Shown in pieces: positions 24,750-36,099 of a DNA stretch of 64,000 bases. The stretch's first letter is position 1, and the number at the start of each line of letters is the position of its first letter. The stretch is from Utricularia gibba (Eukaryota; Plantae; Magnoliophyta): contig NEEC01000002.1 of the NCBI GenBank assembly GCA_002189035.1, forward strand, positions 4,464,001 through 4,528,000, written 5' to 3'. The notes under the pieces were generated by a model. It saw only the letters and a program-made list of their open reading frames with translations, searched no databases and was not told the DNA's origin. Position numbers and translations under genes: made by a program.

Positions 24750-27700
24750 CCTTTTCTCATCCAATCTTGTGAACATACAAGAGTTTCTATTATCTTTGGA
24801 CTTAAAAAGTTTTAAAAAGGATCAAGGACATGTCCTCTTGTGCTAAAGGTAAATTTTGAAGCCACTATAGAGACTAGTATAGCCATCACATCTTGAGCTA
24901 TGATAGCAAGTATAGGATATCTTGAGATATATTTGATTTCCACCATTCTAATATGTTGAAATCTTTAATATTTTAATTAGCCATCACCTCTAAAAAGTAT
25001 ATGTCAAGCTTAGATTTATTTCTAATATTATCGAACTCTCCAAACTGATTGTTAAACATTCCATTCATGTAATCACCTACACCAAAACTTAAAATATCAT
25101 CACATTGAGAGATAGAATACACGATGATTGTTGGGTTTCTCATAGACATTGTATGTCACAAAAGCAGCGGAATTTTAAAAATTTTGAGAAACCTCAAGCG
25201 CGGATCTTGGAATACGGTATATATCAGACAAATGAATGTTAAAAATACCTTTCAGATGACTCCGTTGTTCACCAACCTCTAATAGTAGACGGCCTCTATG
25301 GTATCCACATGTGGAGCATTCCGTCGATAACCTTCTCAAGGCTGTTGAATGCTGGTCGAATTCCTCAGGTGCTAGTAGAGAAAAACGCCTCCTTGGATCA
25401 AGCTCAGAGAGCACGAATATAGTGGGCGCAGATATGTAGATTTAAATCTTTTTATAGATATTTGGTGACATATCAAATCATATCTCCATAAAGATCTTAT
25501 CTCGTGGAGACATGTATATGTTCCAAATCTTATCTATACAAGATGTTTTATTTTGAGTTTAATCAATATTAATATCAAAATAACTCTCTATTTAATTTAT
25601 CCACTTTACCAATTACATCTCATGTAATTGTTTCATTCTATTTTATATAAAAGATTTATTAATTAACTTTTCATTAATCAAATCCATCATTATCAATCAT
25701 GAGTGATGTCTAGCAACATATCATGATCCCCAAGATGTAAGAATAATCAGGTGAATTGATTGAGACTTTCCATGACCAGCCACCATGCAATGAATAGCCT
25801 TCATCATACTTATATCATATTCGATACAAGAACATGGGTGTGTGTCTTTCTGATGTATCGAACTTATAATTGCATTCAAGCACTAACACTCAATGACCTA
25901 CTCAAACAATTCGAATGTCATTACCCTGGGCCCAGGACTAACTGTTAGGCTTTGATGCAATCACTTGAGATATGATCTCATCGCTAACATGAGTGATGAA
26001 TCCTTTATTGATCAATCAACTATCTTCAACCTTAAGGAGTCACATTCCTACTCATCCATACTAGGCAAGCCATGGTTAGACTTCCATTAGTAATGAACGA
26101 AAATGTGAGCTTAAGATTAAGATAATTTTATTGACTTTAAGTCTAAGTTTACTTGCACGGCTGTCATATTCGAGATTTTGCTACTGACACTTGATTAGCT
26201 TCTCATAATAGCATCTCGAAAATGAGTCATCCAGTGAATCGATTTTCTAATCGACACCCACACATGGGTTCTAGTAATCTCATTACATCAATTGTAAGAA
26301 CCATTGCCTAAACAGTTTAGAGAACTCAATGTTTGCCAGCTTATCTGTATTTGTGATATCCTCATTTCACAAATACTCTAGTCAGGGAGTTTTAACTTAA
26401 TCATGAGTGCTTGAAGAATCTCACATTATGATCTCATCATAATTTCTATAGTACATAGATCAAGTAGAGGATTTTATCAATGATACAAATTTGATCACAA
26501 TTCAAAGTAAATATCAAAAGATAAGATTTTCCAATGAGTTGATTGTATGTAGAACACATACACTAACAATGATATGCTTACATAAACAAATAAAGTACCT
26601 ATTACAAAGATATTATCAACATCCATAATAGATCTTTTTTCAACTTGATTTTTTGTTTGCTAGCGATTAGAGAAAGTATTAGAACAAATATCAAATATAA
26701 TGTCCAAAAAAGAATCCACCTTTATTTTTAAATCATAACAGCCTCTTTATCATATGTTTTATCAATGACCAAGTTCACATAGATTAATTTTTATTTTGGA
26801 TCAAGGATAGTAGCAACAAAAGTTAGGATATTGATCCGATCAATGTCCTCCCAATACTTGTCATATTTCTTTTTCATTCTTGAGCCCATAGAAACAATAT
26901 CAATGTCATTATTTACACATATTTTGTAAAGAAAAAATCCAATCCTACAGACTATTTCATGTAGTCATTTATAGTGACATAAAAAGGTCTTAAAAGCTTC
27001 AAAGTAGTTTCATAAAATATTTTTAATAATAATGACAATTTATTTGCATATTTTCAATCAACTTTTGTAGGAATATCTTATATTTTGAATTTCTTTCCAA
27101 CATCAATAAACTTGTCTTGAAATTTATCACCCTTGGAAAATTCTCTGGATTCAACTCTTTCAAATACCTTTTATCAATTGTTTCCAACAATGTAAAAGCC
27201 TTCTTAAATTTCATCGATGATTCTAACATCAAGTATGTCGAGTTCCATCTAGTTTTAACATTTTAGGGTTGAATACTCCATATCAACTACTCTTACATTA
27301 AATTCTCTCTTTCTTTGTACATGACTTGAATTTCAAGGCTCATGAAGTTGATGACTTAACATACTTTATTGCACTTTTATTTCTACATATAGATTCATTC
27401 ATGTCTTTCAAGCTAGCCTTCATGATCAAGTTCAAAATACGCATAGCACATCTCATGTGCATGCAATCACCATTTAGAATAATGCTCTTCCAACTATTCA
27501 ACCTCTTTTGTAAATATGTAAAGCCACTATCATTAGCACTAGTATTATCCACAGTAATTGTAGAAACCTTACTAATTCCTCTTTTCTCTATAGACATGGC
27601 TATTTTTTCAACTTTATGGCCCCTAATTGGAAAAAAATTAATCATGTTTTTATGCAATATCCAATTATCATCAATATAATGTGCAGTCAAATACATATAA

Positions 27701-28360
27701 TATAAATTTGGAACAAAGATCTATGTATGTGTAGTAAGACAAATATGTAAAGATAACTTCTCAAAACATACCTTCAAGTTTTCTCTCAATTCCAAAAGTC
27801 ATTTATAGCAATCTTTAGCAATCACAAATTATGGTCATATTTAATAACATAACTTTTTAAACCCTTATTTTTCTACTTCTCTGATGGATAATTCATCAAG
27901 AATAATCATTCTAGCAACTGATTTCTCGCAAAACTTTTGACCAAAGTAATGTGTGGTCATCTCTTTAGAATCCTTTCCTTTTGTAATCTTGAATTCAATA
28001 GTTTTCTATTTTTTTTGAATGTGTTTCCACGATTTTTCTTGCATCTATTGTGATGGTTGATAAGACAAAAAGTACCCATTCTAGATGGACAAAGAATCAT
28101 TGTGGAACAATATACACAAGCTGCTTTTTTTCATTCTCAGATAAATCTTCAATAATATTAAAATGTTCTCAAATCCAAGATTTTTGTCTACCTTGAGTTT
28201 TTTCTTTACTCACTTCATCCAGAGAATGCTTATTTGTATTTCCATCGCTTTGACTCAAAGTAGGGGCTTCAGATGACATTGAAAAAGGTGGTGATTGTTC
28301 GGTTACTTGCTCTTCATTTTCTCCTATCATTGACATGAGCTTTAGTTGAATATTTATCAA
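24750..28360 (-). pseudogene. hAT transposase: BED finger, catalytic domain and C-terminal dimerisation domain, broken
   Basis: KAACVYC BED region; YLTAHYIDDNWILHK...STITVDNTSAND; HMRCAMRILNLIMK; FNILEWWKSNISRYPILAIIAQDVMAI at about 24850-24960. Contains stops, frameshifts and an LTR insertion. Confidence 0.9.
25129..26568 (-). mobile_element. Solo LTR (Ty1/copia, Angela-like), 1440 bp
   Basis: TGTTGGG...CACTAACA termini with perfect 5-bp TSD ATGAT (25124-25128, 26569-26573). Homologous over its length to 50320-51753. The lineage call rests on the resemblance of the terminus only. Confidence 0.88.
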
Positions 28361-30479
28361 GAGTCAAGATAAGAGAAAGAAAACTCAATGACCGAAGTTT
28401 GAATGGTCGTTCATTACATTGAAATGTGGGAGAAGAATATGTAGGGTTTGAAAATTTGGGCTTTAGGTTTGGGTTTTACATTTGTGTAAAAAAAAGAAAA
28501 AGAAAAATATCATAAATTTATAATTTACATGTTAATATATGTATCATCCGATTAGATCAGACTTTTGGTCGTAGAATCCATAAACGATCTGATCCACATT
28601 TTTCAAAAAAATCAGATAATCCATTGGATTAGATATTCTCAATTTCGGATCGGTATGCGTGGATTTCTGGTTTATGTTCGATCCATTCACAGCTGGACTT
28701 GTTAACATTCCAAATCTGCAACCAAGCCAATGGAGTGATAAGGGTGGTGAAGAAATAAGGAAGGATTGGCGAGATAAGGATAAGATTGGCTCAAAGTATG
28801 AAAATAATGAGGAATGAGGTGTTCTTTGGAAACAATTGCTTAATATCTTGGTCATTGGAGGAAATTGCAATATTCTTGAACTTATTGTTCAATCTACTAG
28901 AATTAAGAACTTACTTAGATTAGTCTGATTCTCTCGTTATATTTTTCTTGCTCTTTGTAATTGCTTTGTATAGCGAAAATTCAGATGCAAAAGTTCCTTT
29001 CAATCATTTTTTCTTTCAATCCTTGTACATAAAAGCAGTATGATCTAACCTCCTATGCCCATTGCTCTCAATGAGAAGCTCTTCATTTGCTAAAATCCAC
29101 CTCTGATGTTTAAGCTGTTGAATCCTTTAGTTCCTTTCCATAGCTTGTACACCATTACTGTACAGATATTAAACAAAAATGATTGTGCTTTTAAGAGAAA
29201 AAAATTACAGCAAAACAAAATACAATCAAAACCCTTAAATAGGTATGAGTTCTACTACTGATCTGTAAAAATTATCAACATTGATGTCAACATTCAACAG
29301 TGAAGCACTTGGAATCTCACTCAACAACCTGAACAACCTAGCTTCTGAGATAACGGTGGATATGCCGTCCCTTTTTACCAGTTGAAGCTTGTGAAGTCAA
29401 TCTCTTGGAAGACGCTCAAATTTGTTGTCATCTCACTCACGGCAACACCCATAGACACTGGCTCCACAATTTGAGTGGTGGAAAATTAGTTTTGGGTCAG
29501 AAAAACTATTTCCATATAGTAAAATAAAACTTAAAATTCTAATAAAATAAAGAGTATACATGCTTGAAATGTTTTTGAAAAAAAACAATAATGATTACGT
29601 TGAATAAAGGAAAAATACATACAAAATTCAATAATTAATTTAAAAAAACAACGACTATAATTATTTATAAAAAAACATAGATATAATTCTAAATTTTATA
29701 TTAAAATTATTTATCAAAAAATATTTTTGACAAAAGCTTTGTCCCAAACTTCTGGTAGAATAAAAAATCATTCATTATGAGAATTGATTACTTTTCAAAT
29801 GTATACTCAATTTCTTTTTCACTAATTTTGATACTAGCCCCTCTTCAATTATTTGGAGTATGTGTGATTGGGCCAATGCTACTCGTTATTTTCCCACTTT
29901 AACTCAAAGAAATAATATTCTATATTTACCGATAGAATAGAATTAATTAATCATATAGTCAACAATTTTATAATTATTCACTTTTAATTACATATATTTT
30001 TTACAATATCTTAAACCCAAACTAGTTACCTTGTTTAAAAGATAATGAAGATATTTGAAACTAATCAGCAACTTTCTTAATTTACTTCTAATATGACAAC
30101 AAGAGTTTTAAATTCTTATAATTGTACATACAGATCCTAAGTTCTTAGTCTTGAAATCATCTGTCAATTCCTTTATATTTGATACAGTTACGCACATGTC
30201 ATTTAGATATGGTAGTAATAGTATGTATGTATCATAACTCCTCATGATGTAGTAACAAGTGTCAGTTTCACATCGTTTGAAATTATGGTTTATCTTGAAA
30301 TCATCAAAATTCTTGTACTTAATTTCACACCATAAGTTTGTTTGATATGTAAATATAGAAGTTTATTCATATTACTTATTTTATGCTTTTTAATATATTA
30401 TGAAATCAATCATGATTTTTATATTATAATATTAACTATTTAAAAATAAAAAAATTTAAAAAGACACCCGATTGTTGCC

Positions 30480-30900
30480 CTTGACAACTATATTAATGAC
30501 TAAATTCAGTGTGTTGCATGGATTCGGTCCTATTAAGCATAGCATTCTGGCTATTCATGAGGTCTAAATCATTTATCTTCGCAATTTCCTCATGTGTAAA
30601 AAGATTTGAAATGGAAAATTTGTGTGCAGCTATTGAAAATGAACTATGCCCAGATACATTAAATTCAAATCTCAAAACAAGAAACTTTCTCATCAAAAAC
30701 TTCTTTCAATAATTGCACAACATTCTTTTAGAAGGTTTCCAAGCACCACAATTTACGCGGAATACATGGATAAGGCTTCAATTTCAATCAAAATACTTTA
30801 GTAAGTTATAAATCTCCTTACTACACTTCCATGAAGAATACCTCAACGTCGGGTAGGAGAGGGAATGAAGGTTTCTGTTTATAATTTTTTTTAAAAAAAA
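30480..30900 (-). pseudogene. Possible RPA70-like OB-fold fragment of the kind carried by plant Helitrons
   Basis: LLKECCAIIERSF..RKFLVLRFEFNVSGHSSFSIAAHKF loosely fits the C-terminal RPA1-like fragments of plant TEs. Weak. Confidence 0.3.
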
Positions 30901-31893
30901 AATCCTCTCAATGAATCTGCAATTGGAATGGGCCATAGTCAAATGAGTAGGCCATAATTGACTAAGTGCTATGATGAGGACCAAAGTGCTCAACAAACCT
31001 TATTGGCTTGCCATCATTCGTATGGCCCAACTTCAAAAATTTTGTTAATGGGCTGATATTGTTAGTCGAACCCACTAACTCATGAGTCGAATGTGTACCT
31101 GTGAAACATCGATCCAATCAGTACCGGTTTTTTATGGGTACGGGCCACAGGTTGACCTGCTGGATACTCGGAAGTACACACCTCAAAACTTAGCAACAAC
31201 GATATAGCATACTCAATATAGCATTGATTCAATACCACTTCTTATGAAATAACAGAAGATAGCAGATGTTTTCAGTTAAGTACTTGCATAGTGAAAAAAA
31301 TGTCCTCTATCGAATATATCTAATAATGCACAATAATTCAAACCAAGATATTCAAAGAGAGGGGAAAAAAGATTAAAAGAAGCTTGGTTTTGTTGTGGTG
31401 GTGCTTGAAACCAGCATCGAAATACCCGAACTTTTAGCTCCCAAAACATAGTTCCGTATGAATATTCATATCCTTCCAAGAGGGAGGATGAATGACGTTA
31501 GATCTTTTTAACTCCGAGAGGAGAGGACTGTTTTTAACACAAGAGGACGACATGTACAAAGAGAGTGAAGAAAGAAAAGAATGGAATCAAGGAAAAAGAG
31601 GAATCATGATCCATGGGAAAATATAATTGTTAGAGATAATATAAATTAGTTGTGGCGTGCTCTTCCTTCTTTTTGTGAACTGGCCATGTGAGACGATGGC
31701 CCCAGGAAAACTAATAAAGTGGAATCCATTAACCATTGCTTTCATCTCTTAATTACATGCAACTTCCATTACAAAGCCTCCAGCCTCCAACCAATTATTA
31801 TTGGCTTTCCCCGTGCCCTCTTTGTTTTTACGTAATACCAATTTGTGAAAATAAAACTCGTTTAAGAATATATAACAAAATAATATTCCGGGG

Positions 31894-32880
31894 TCAGGGC
31901 CCGAACGGCGGCGCCCTCCGAGGGACGCCCTTCCTTCTTCTGGCAGTGGACCGCGACGAGGAAGAGGCGGAGCCCTCTTCATCTTGCTGTGCTTTTGGTT
32001 TTGTTCTTTGCGAGAATTCTGGTGCGGAGCTCGTGTCGGCATTTGCTTTTATTCCTGCAAACTAAAAATGTATTAAGTGGAAATGAGGGAGTTTCAGAAA
32101 ATGTGAATGAATGAATGGTTGAGAGTAGTTAAGGCAGATGATGGACAACGAAACATACTTAACATGACAAAAAATAAGACAGAGACGGGTACTGATATTC
32201 GGGTGGGTCATTTTACTCTAACGAAAATGATGGGAATTAGCAAAGAGCCTCACATCTTGAAACACATGCACTCCTCATACTTATCAATCACTCTGCACAG
32301 AGGTAGTTTTGAATTCTGAGGAAGAATTGTTGGGTTTATAGTAATAAAGTGCAATTGTGATCTAGTAGTGAATGCAATTTTTGCGAGGGTGTTTTTCTTT
32401 TACCTTGCAACCAAGAGAGCAGAAGCAGAATGTGTCGAGCAAGGTCCTTCTGCAGATCTCACAAACGTGCGAGGAAGAAGGAGTGGCCTTGGATCCTTTA
32501 GGCTGAGGTCTCTCGTTCAGGAACAAAACCCTCGCGCTGTTGATCACATACGTTTGCACGCCGCTGATGTCTAAAACCTTCTGGATCTCCGATACCCTCA
32601 CCACGTCGTGGTACGACGACCGCCTTATCTTCAACAACAACAACAACAACAACAATAACACCGACGTTTGGTGTGAAGTAAATCTTTGCACTGAATCTGA
32701 AACCTGGATGACTCGATGGTCCTTGTGGCTTGCGCTGCGGCAGTAGAAACAGAAGGAATCAGCATCACAGTCCAAGCAAAACATATTGCACTCGTTTCGG
32801 GAGGAGTTGAGGTGATCCCCGCAGACGTGGAAGAATCCGGTGGTCAGCAGCCGCTCAAGCCACGGCGGCGGCGCCACCAT
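31894..32880 (-). CDS. PLATZ: PLATZ zinc-dependent transcription factor, 3 exons (32880-32704, 32628-32404, 32061-31894), 189 aa, intact
   Basis: PPWLE...C..H...ECNMFCLDC...C..C...H..H; [12 protein letters not shown]; [19 protein letters not shown]; CEIC...FCSLGCK; C-terminal [15 protein letters not shown] phase-0 introns give a clean ORF. Confidence 0.95.
32632..32655 (+). repeat. (CAA)8 microsatellite in PLATZ intron 1
   Basis: Read directly from the sequence. Confidence 0.95.
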
Positions 32881-34158
32881 TTCAGGTAAAAGGGCTCGGC
32901 TCCGCGCTACCCAGACCCTTAATAATGTGTGGTGATCCTACGCATTACCACTGGAGACGACCTGCAGAGGAAAAACAAGTGAAGAGAATCAAGGAAGGAA
33001 AAGAGTCATCATCCTTTTGGGTGTGAGGCGTTGGATCTCGGGAAAGGGAAAGGAGACAGGTGGGTTTTCGGCACTTGTGCTGTACAATAAAGGGATTAGA
33101 TTACGCGATAATTCTGATTTAATTAAATTATTGGGAAAACAAATGAGGGGCAGTTGGCGGAGTTGATAACAGAGGGGTGTGTTTTTCTTTTCTTTAGGCT
33201 CCCAAAGCAAGTACCCCCCCACGTGCTCAACACCCACGCACCCGCATATGCTCATGCTGTTCCAGCCGCTTTCCTAAACTGCCCTCCGCAGCCGTAGGGG
33301 CGTCGCGTACTTGGCAAATGCGGTGAAGGTGTTAATTTATTAGTAAATACTTTCTTAAATGGACTATGGCTGGCTGCCACCAATTTCAAATTTCATTTAT
33401 CTCATTATTTCAATGAGGAATTTTTAATTTCATTGAGATATTTACCATTCATTCCATTTCAAATAATTAATAGTACAACAATATATACGATAATTCTTTT
33501 AACTTACCGTGATATCTCTAGTACAAGAGCATATGGTCACTTTCAAATCTAATTTTAGTTTCATTCCGAATACAAATCACTATTATATTATCCTTCTAAA
33601 CGGTTCCAACTTCTTGCATTGGATCAAGGGAGGATTTATTCACAACTAATTAGGCACATGATTATGATTAGGGCATGCCGAGCCCCCCCCCCAAATCCTA
33701 GATAGAGTGACCACGCTCTCCCCTTCTGGGCGGGCTGTAAGAAGATGTGCGCACTGGCACTCCATCACTATAATGAACACCATTCAGTATATGTATGTTT
33801 GGTATTTAAATCATTTGACTAACATGGTACGGTTGTGGGAGTTATTAAATCTGAAATATGCCAACAATGTACTTCGTTAGGCTAACGTCATGTTTTGGTT
33901 AAGACTCTAAAGATTATACCACCTTTTCAACTTTTTGAAAAAAAATATAGCTTTTGTAAAGAAAACACAACAATTGTCCAAGACTGAGTTGTGTGAACAC
34001 TGGGACAACACCAGCCTGGAATTCCCCTTCAACGCTATGCCATCCTGCGAGCGATCGTCCAAATATTAATTTTGCTTCATGAATCCGCTGCTGCTGGTGC
34101 CTCACCCTCCAACGTTGCCTCAACAGTGGGACAACAGCAAGACCAGCACAACACCAAC

Positions 34159-34417
34159 ATGGAAATATCCACAGCTGGTACATTCCTCGGTGCACTTGTG
34201 CTTCTTTTGATATTGATAGCGAACAACGTGTGTACCGGGGATCCCAGTGTTCCCGCCCTCTGCATTTTTGGCGAATTCGTCATGGATGTCGGAAACAACA
34301 ACATCCTTCGATCACCGGTGAAAGGTTCACGCAGCTTCCTTCCCTTCGGTAGAGACTTCATTTCACACCTCCCCATCGGACGATTCTCCAACGACAAACT
34401 GGCCACAGATTTCACTG
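34159..34417 (+). pseudogene. GDSL esterase/lipase exon 1 only, with the block I motif degenerate (FGEFV instead of FGDS)
   Basis: Signal peptide, then VPALCIFGEFVMDVGNNN...PFGRDF...PIGRFSNDKLATDFT and a phase-1 GT donor at 34418, the usual GDSL intron-1 position. No later exons were found in the window. Confidence 0.85.
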
Positions 34418-34775
34418 GTAATTTCAATTAAAGACAAATCTATTGGATCATATGAAGTTAGCAAGCCTCAATATCAGTGATAGATCCACTCACCCACTTT
34501 CGGGTTTCTGTTATTTTTTCTGCTGTATTTAAGTTCTATTCGTTTGTCCGTTCGTTTGTCTAAGTTTTTTTTCATGTTTTTTTGGCACAAGAATAGCTGC
34601 TGGTAATGTGCTGATATTCATCAATCGAAACTGCATTTTATCAAATCAGTGTATTGCTCTTTTGATCTGTCCAATCCTCACTAGCTGTGTAACTAGTGTG
34701 AAAATCCTGATTTCATAACAACCAGTGCATGCATTGGTAACCATCCTACCCTTTGATTCTTTCAAAATCTTGTAC

Positions 34776-35413
34776 ATGAGTAAAACATAAACTACTAAAG
34801 ATTTTGAGATGATCAACCTTTTTAATATAACCATGCCATTTTTCATGGGCGGTTTTTCCACTAATCGCCCTGGAAGGAAGCAAGTTCAATAGATATACTG
34901 ATGTGGATACCGCTTCAGCCCAGAAATTTACAGGAAGATCTTTCTCAAACAATAGGCATCTTGACATATCAAGAATTGCTCGGTTTCTCCTTTCACATAT
35001 ACCATTCTATTGTGGAGAATATGGAACTGTGAATTGATGAATGATTCCCTCATTTTCACAGAACATTCTCATGCTATTATTGTAGAATTCACCTCCATTC
35101 TCTGAGCTAATCATCTTTAAGGAGCATCCACTCTGATTCTCAGTCATCACTTTGAATTTTCGAAAGATATGAGGAACTTCTGACTTGCTTTTTAACAAAG
35201 TAACCCAGCAATAATGTGAATAATCATCAATGAATGTAACAAAATATCTACTTTCCCCCCTCCCCCCAATGAACATTCCTTAAATGGTCCTAAAACATCT
35301 CTATGCACAAGTTCTAATTTCTCCTTTGCTTTTGAATCACTGGAATAGAATGACTTTCTACACTATTTACTTTGATGGCACACTTCACATATGGCATCAG
35401 CAAGCTTGATGTC
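34776..35413 (-). mobile_element. Ty1/copia element A, integrase part (3'-truncated; continues at 47693)
   Basis: SRYFVTFIDDYSHYCWV..., SENGGEF, FTVPYSPQ, FWAEAVSTSVYLLN; near-identical to 62780-63400. Confidence 0.92.
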
Positions 35414-36099
35414 TGTTGGGGTGTAAATCGGATACAGTCAATCGGTCCCTGAAAAGGTGTTACGATGGGATGGCACAGGGCAACAAACCGAAAATTGTCA
35501 AAATCTTATAGCGGCGACCGTTTTGCACAGTCTAAAAAGTGGCCAAATTACGGTAGAACATCCGGCGATTATCTAAGAAGTGAGACCATAGTACAGGCAC
35601 AGAACCGGCATCTATGAAATTCAGGATTCGGTCAGACCAACTTCTTCTATAAATAGGAGAAGTTCTGGGGACGAAAGTGTTCGACTCTAAGCCCCCTAAC
35701 CTGTATCTTCCCCCACTCTCGTCTAGTGAAAATTATATGACCACCGACTCTGTCCTTGAAGGAAGTACCAGCATACAAGACCTCGGCCTTATGGTCATCA
35801 GTAGGGAACAATTGAAGGCCCTTTTGAAGGAAATCTTCTCTGACCTTAGGGCACCTTCAGGGTTGAACTCCGACACATAGGAGGGGACACCCGAAACCGC
35901 ATGACGAGTAGAAAAGCAACCCCTGATTCCGGAATACCCTCCGGACACGGAGACCGAATTCGAAACTGAGGAGGAGATGTTGCGAAGAAAGAGGTGCAAC
36001 CAAGTCATCTATGAGCCAGGAACGGATAGGGAGAACACGACTGGCGAAATCTTAAAAAAAGGGAAGCAGAGCTGAAAAGAGAACTAGACTAGATTTGTG

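Larger units (their letters stand above)
24263..28697 (-). mobile_element. hAT (Ac-like) DNA transposon, 4435 bp including a nested solo LTR
   Basis: Imperfect TIRs share TGTGnATGGATCG; TSD CTTGTTAC (24255-24262) vs CTTGTTAA (28698-28705); ATCCG/GGATC-rich subterminal regions. Confidence 0.85.

Noticed and set aside
31736-32065. 109-aa (+) and 97-aa (-) ORFs
   Set aside because: Wrong frames over PLATZ exon 3; the true frame ends [15 protein letters not shown].
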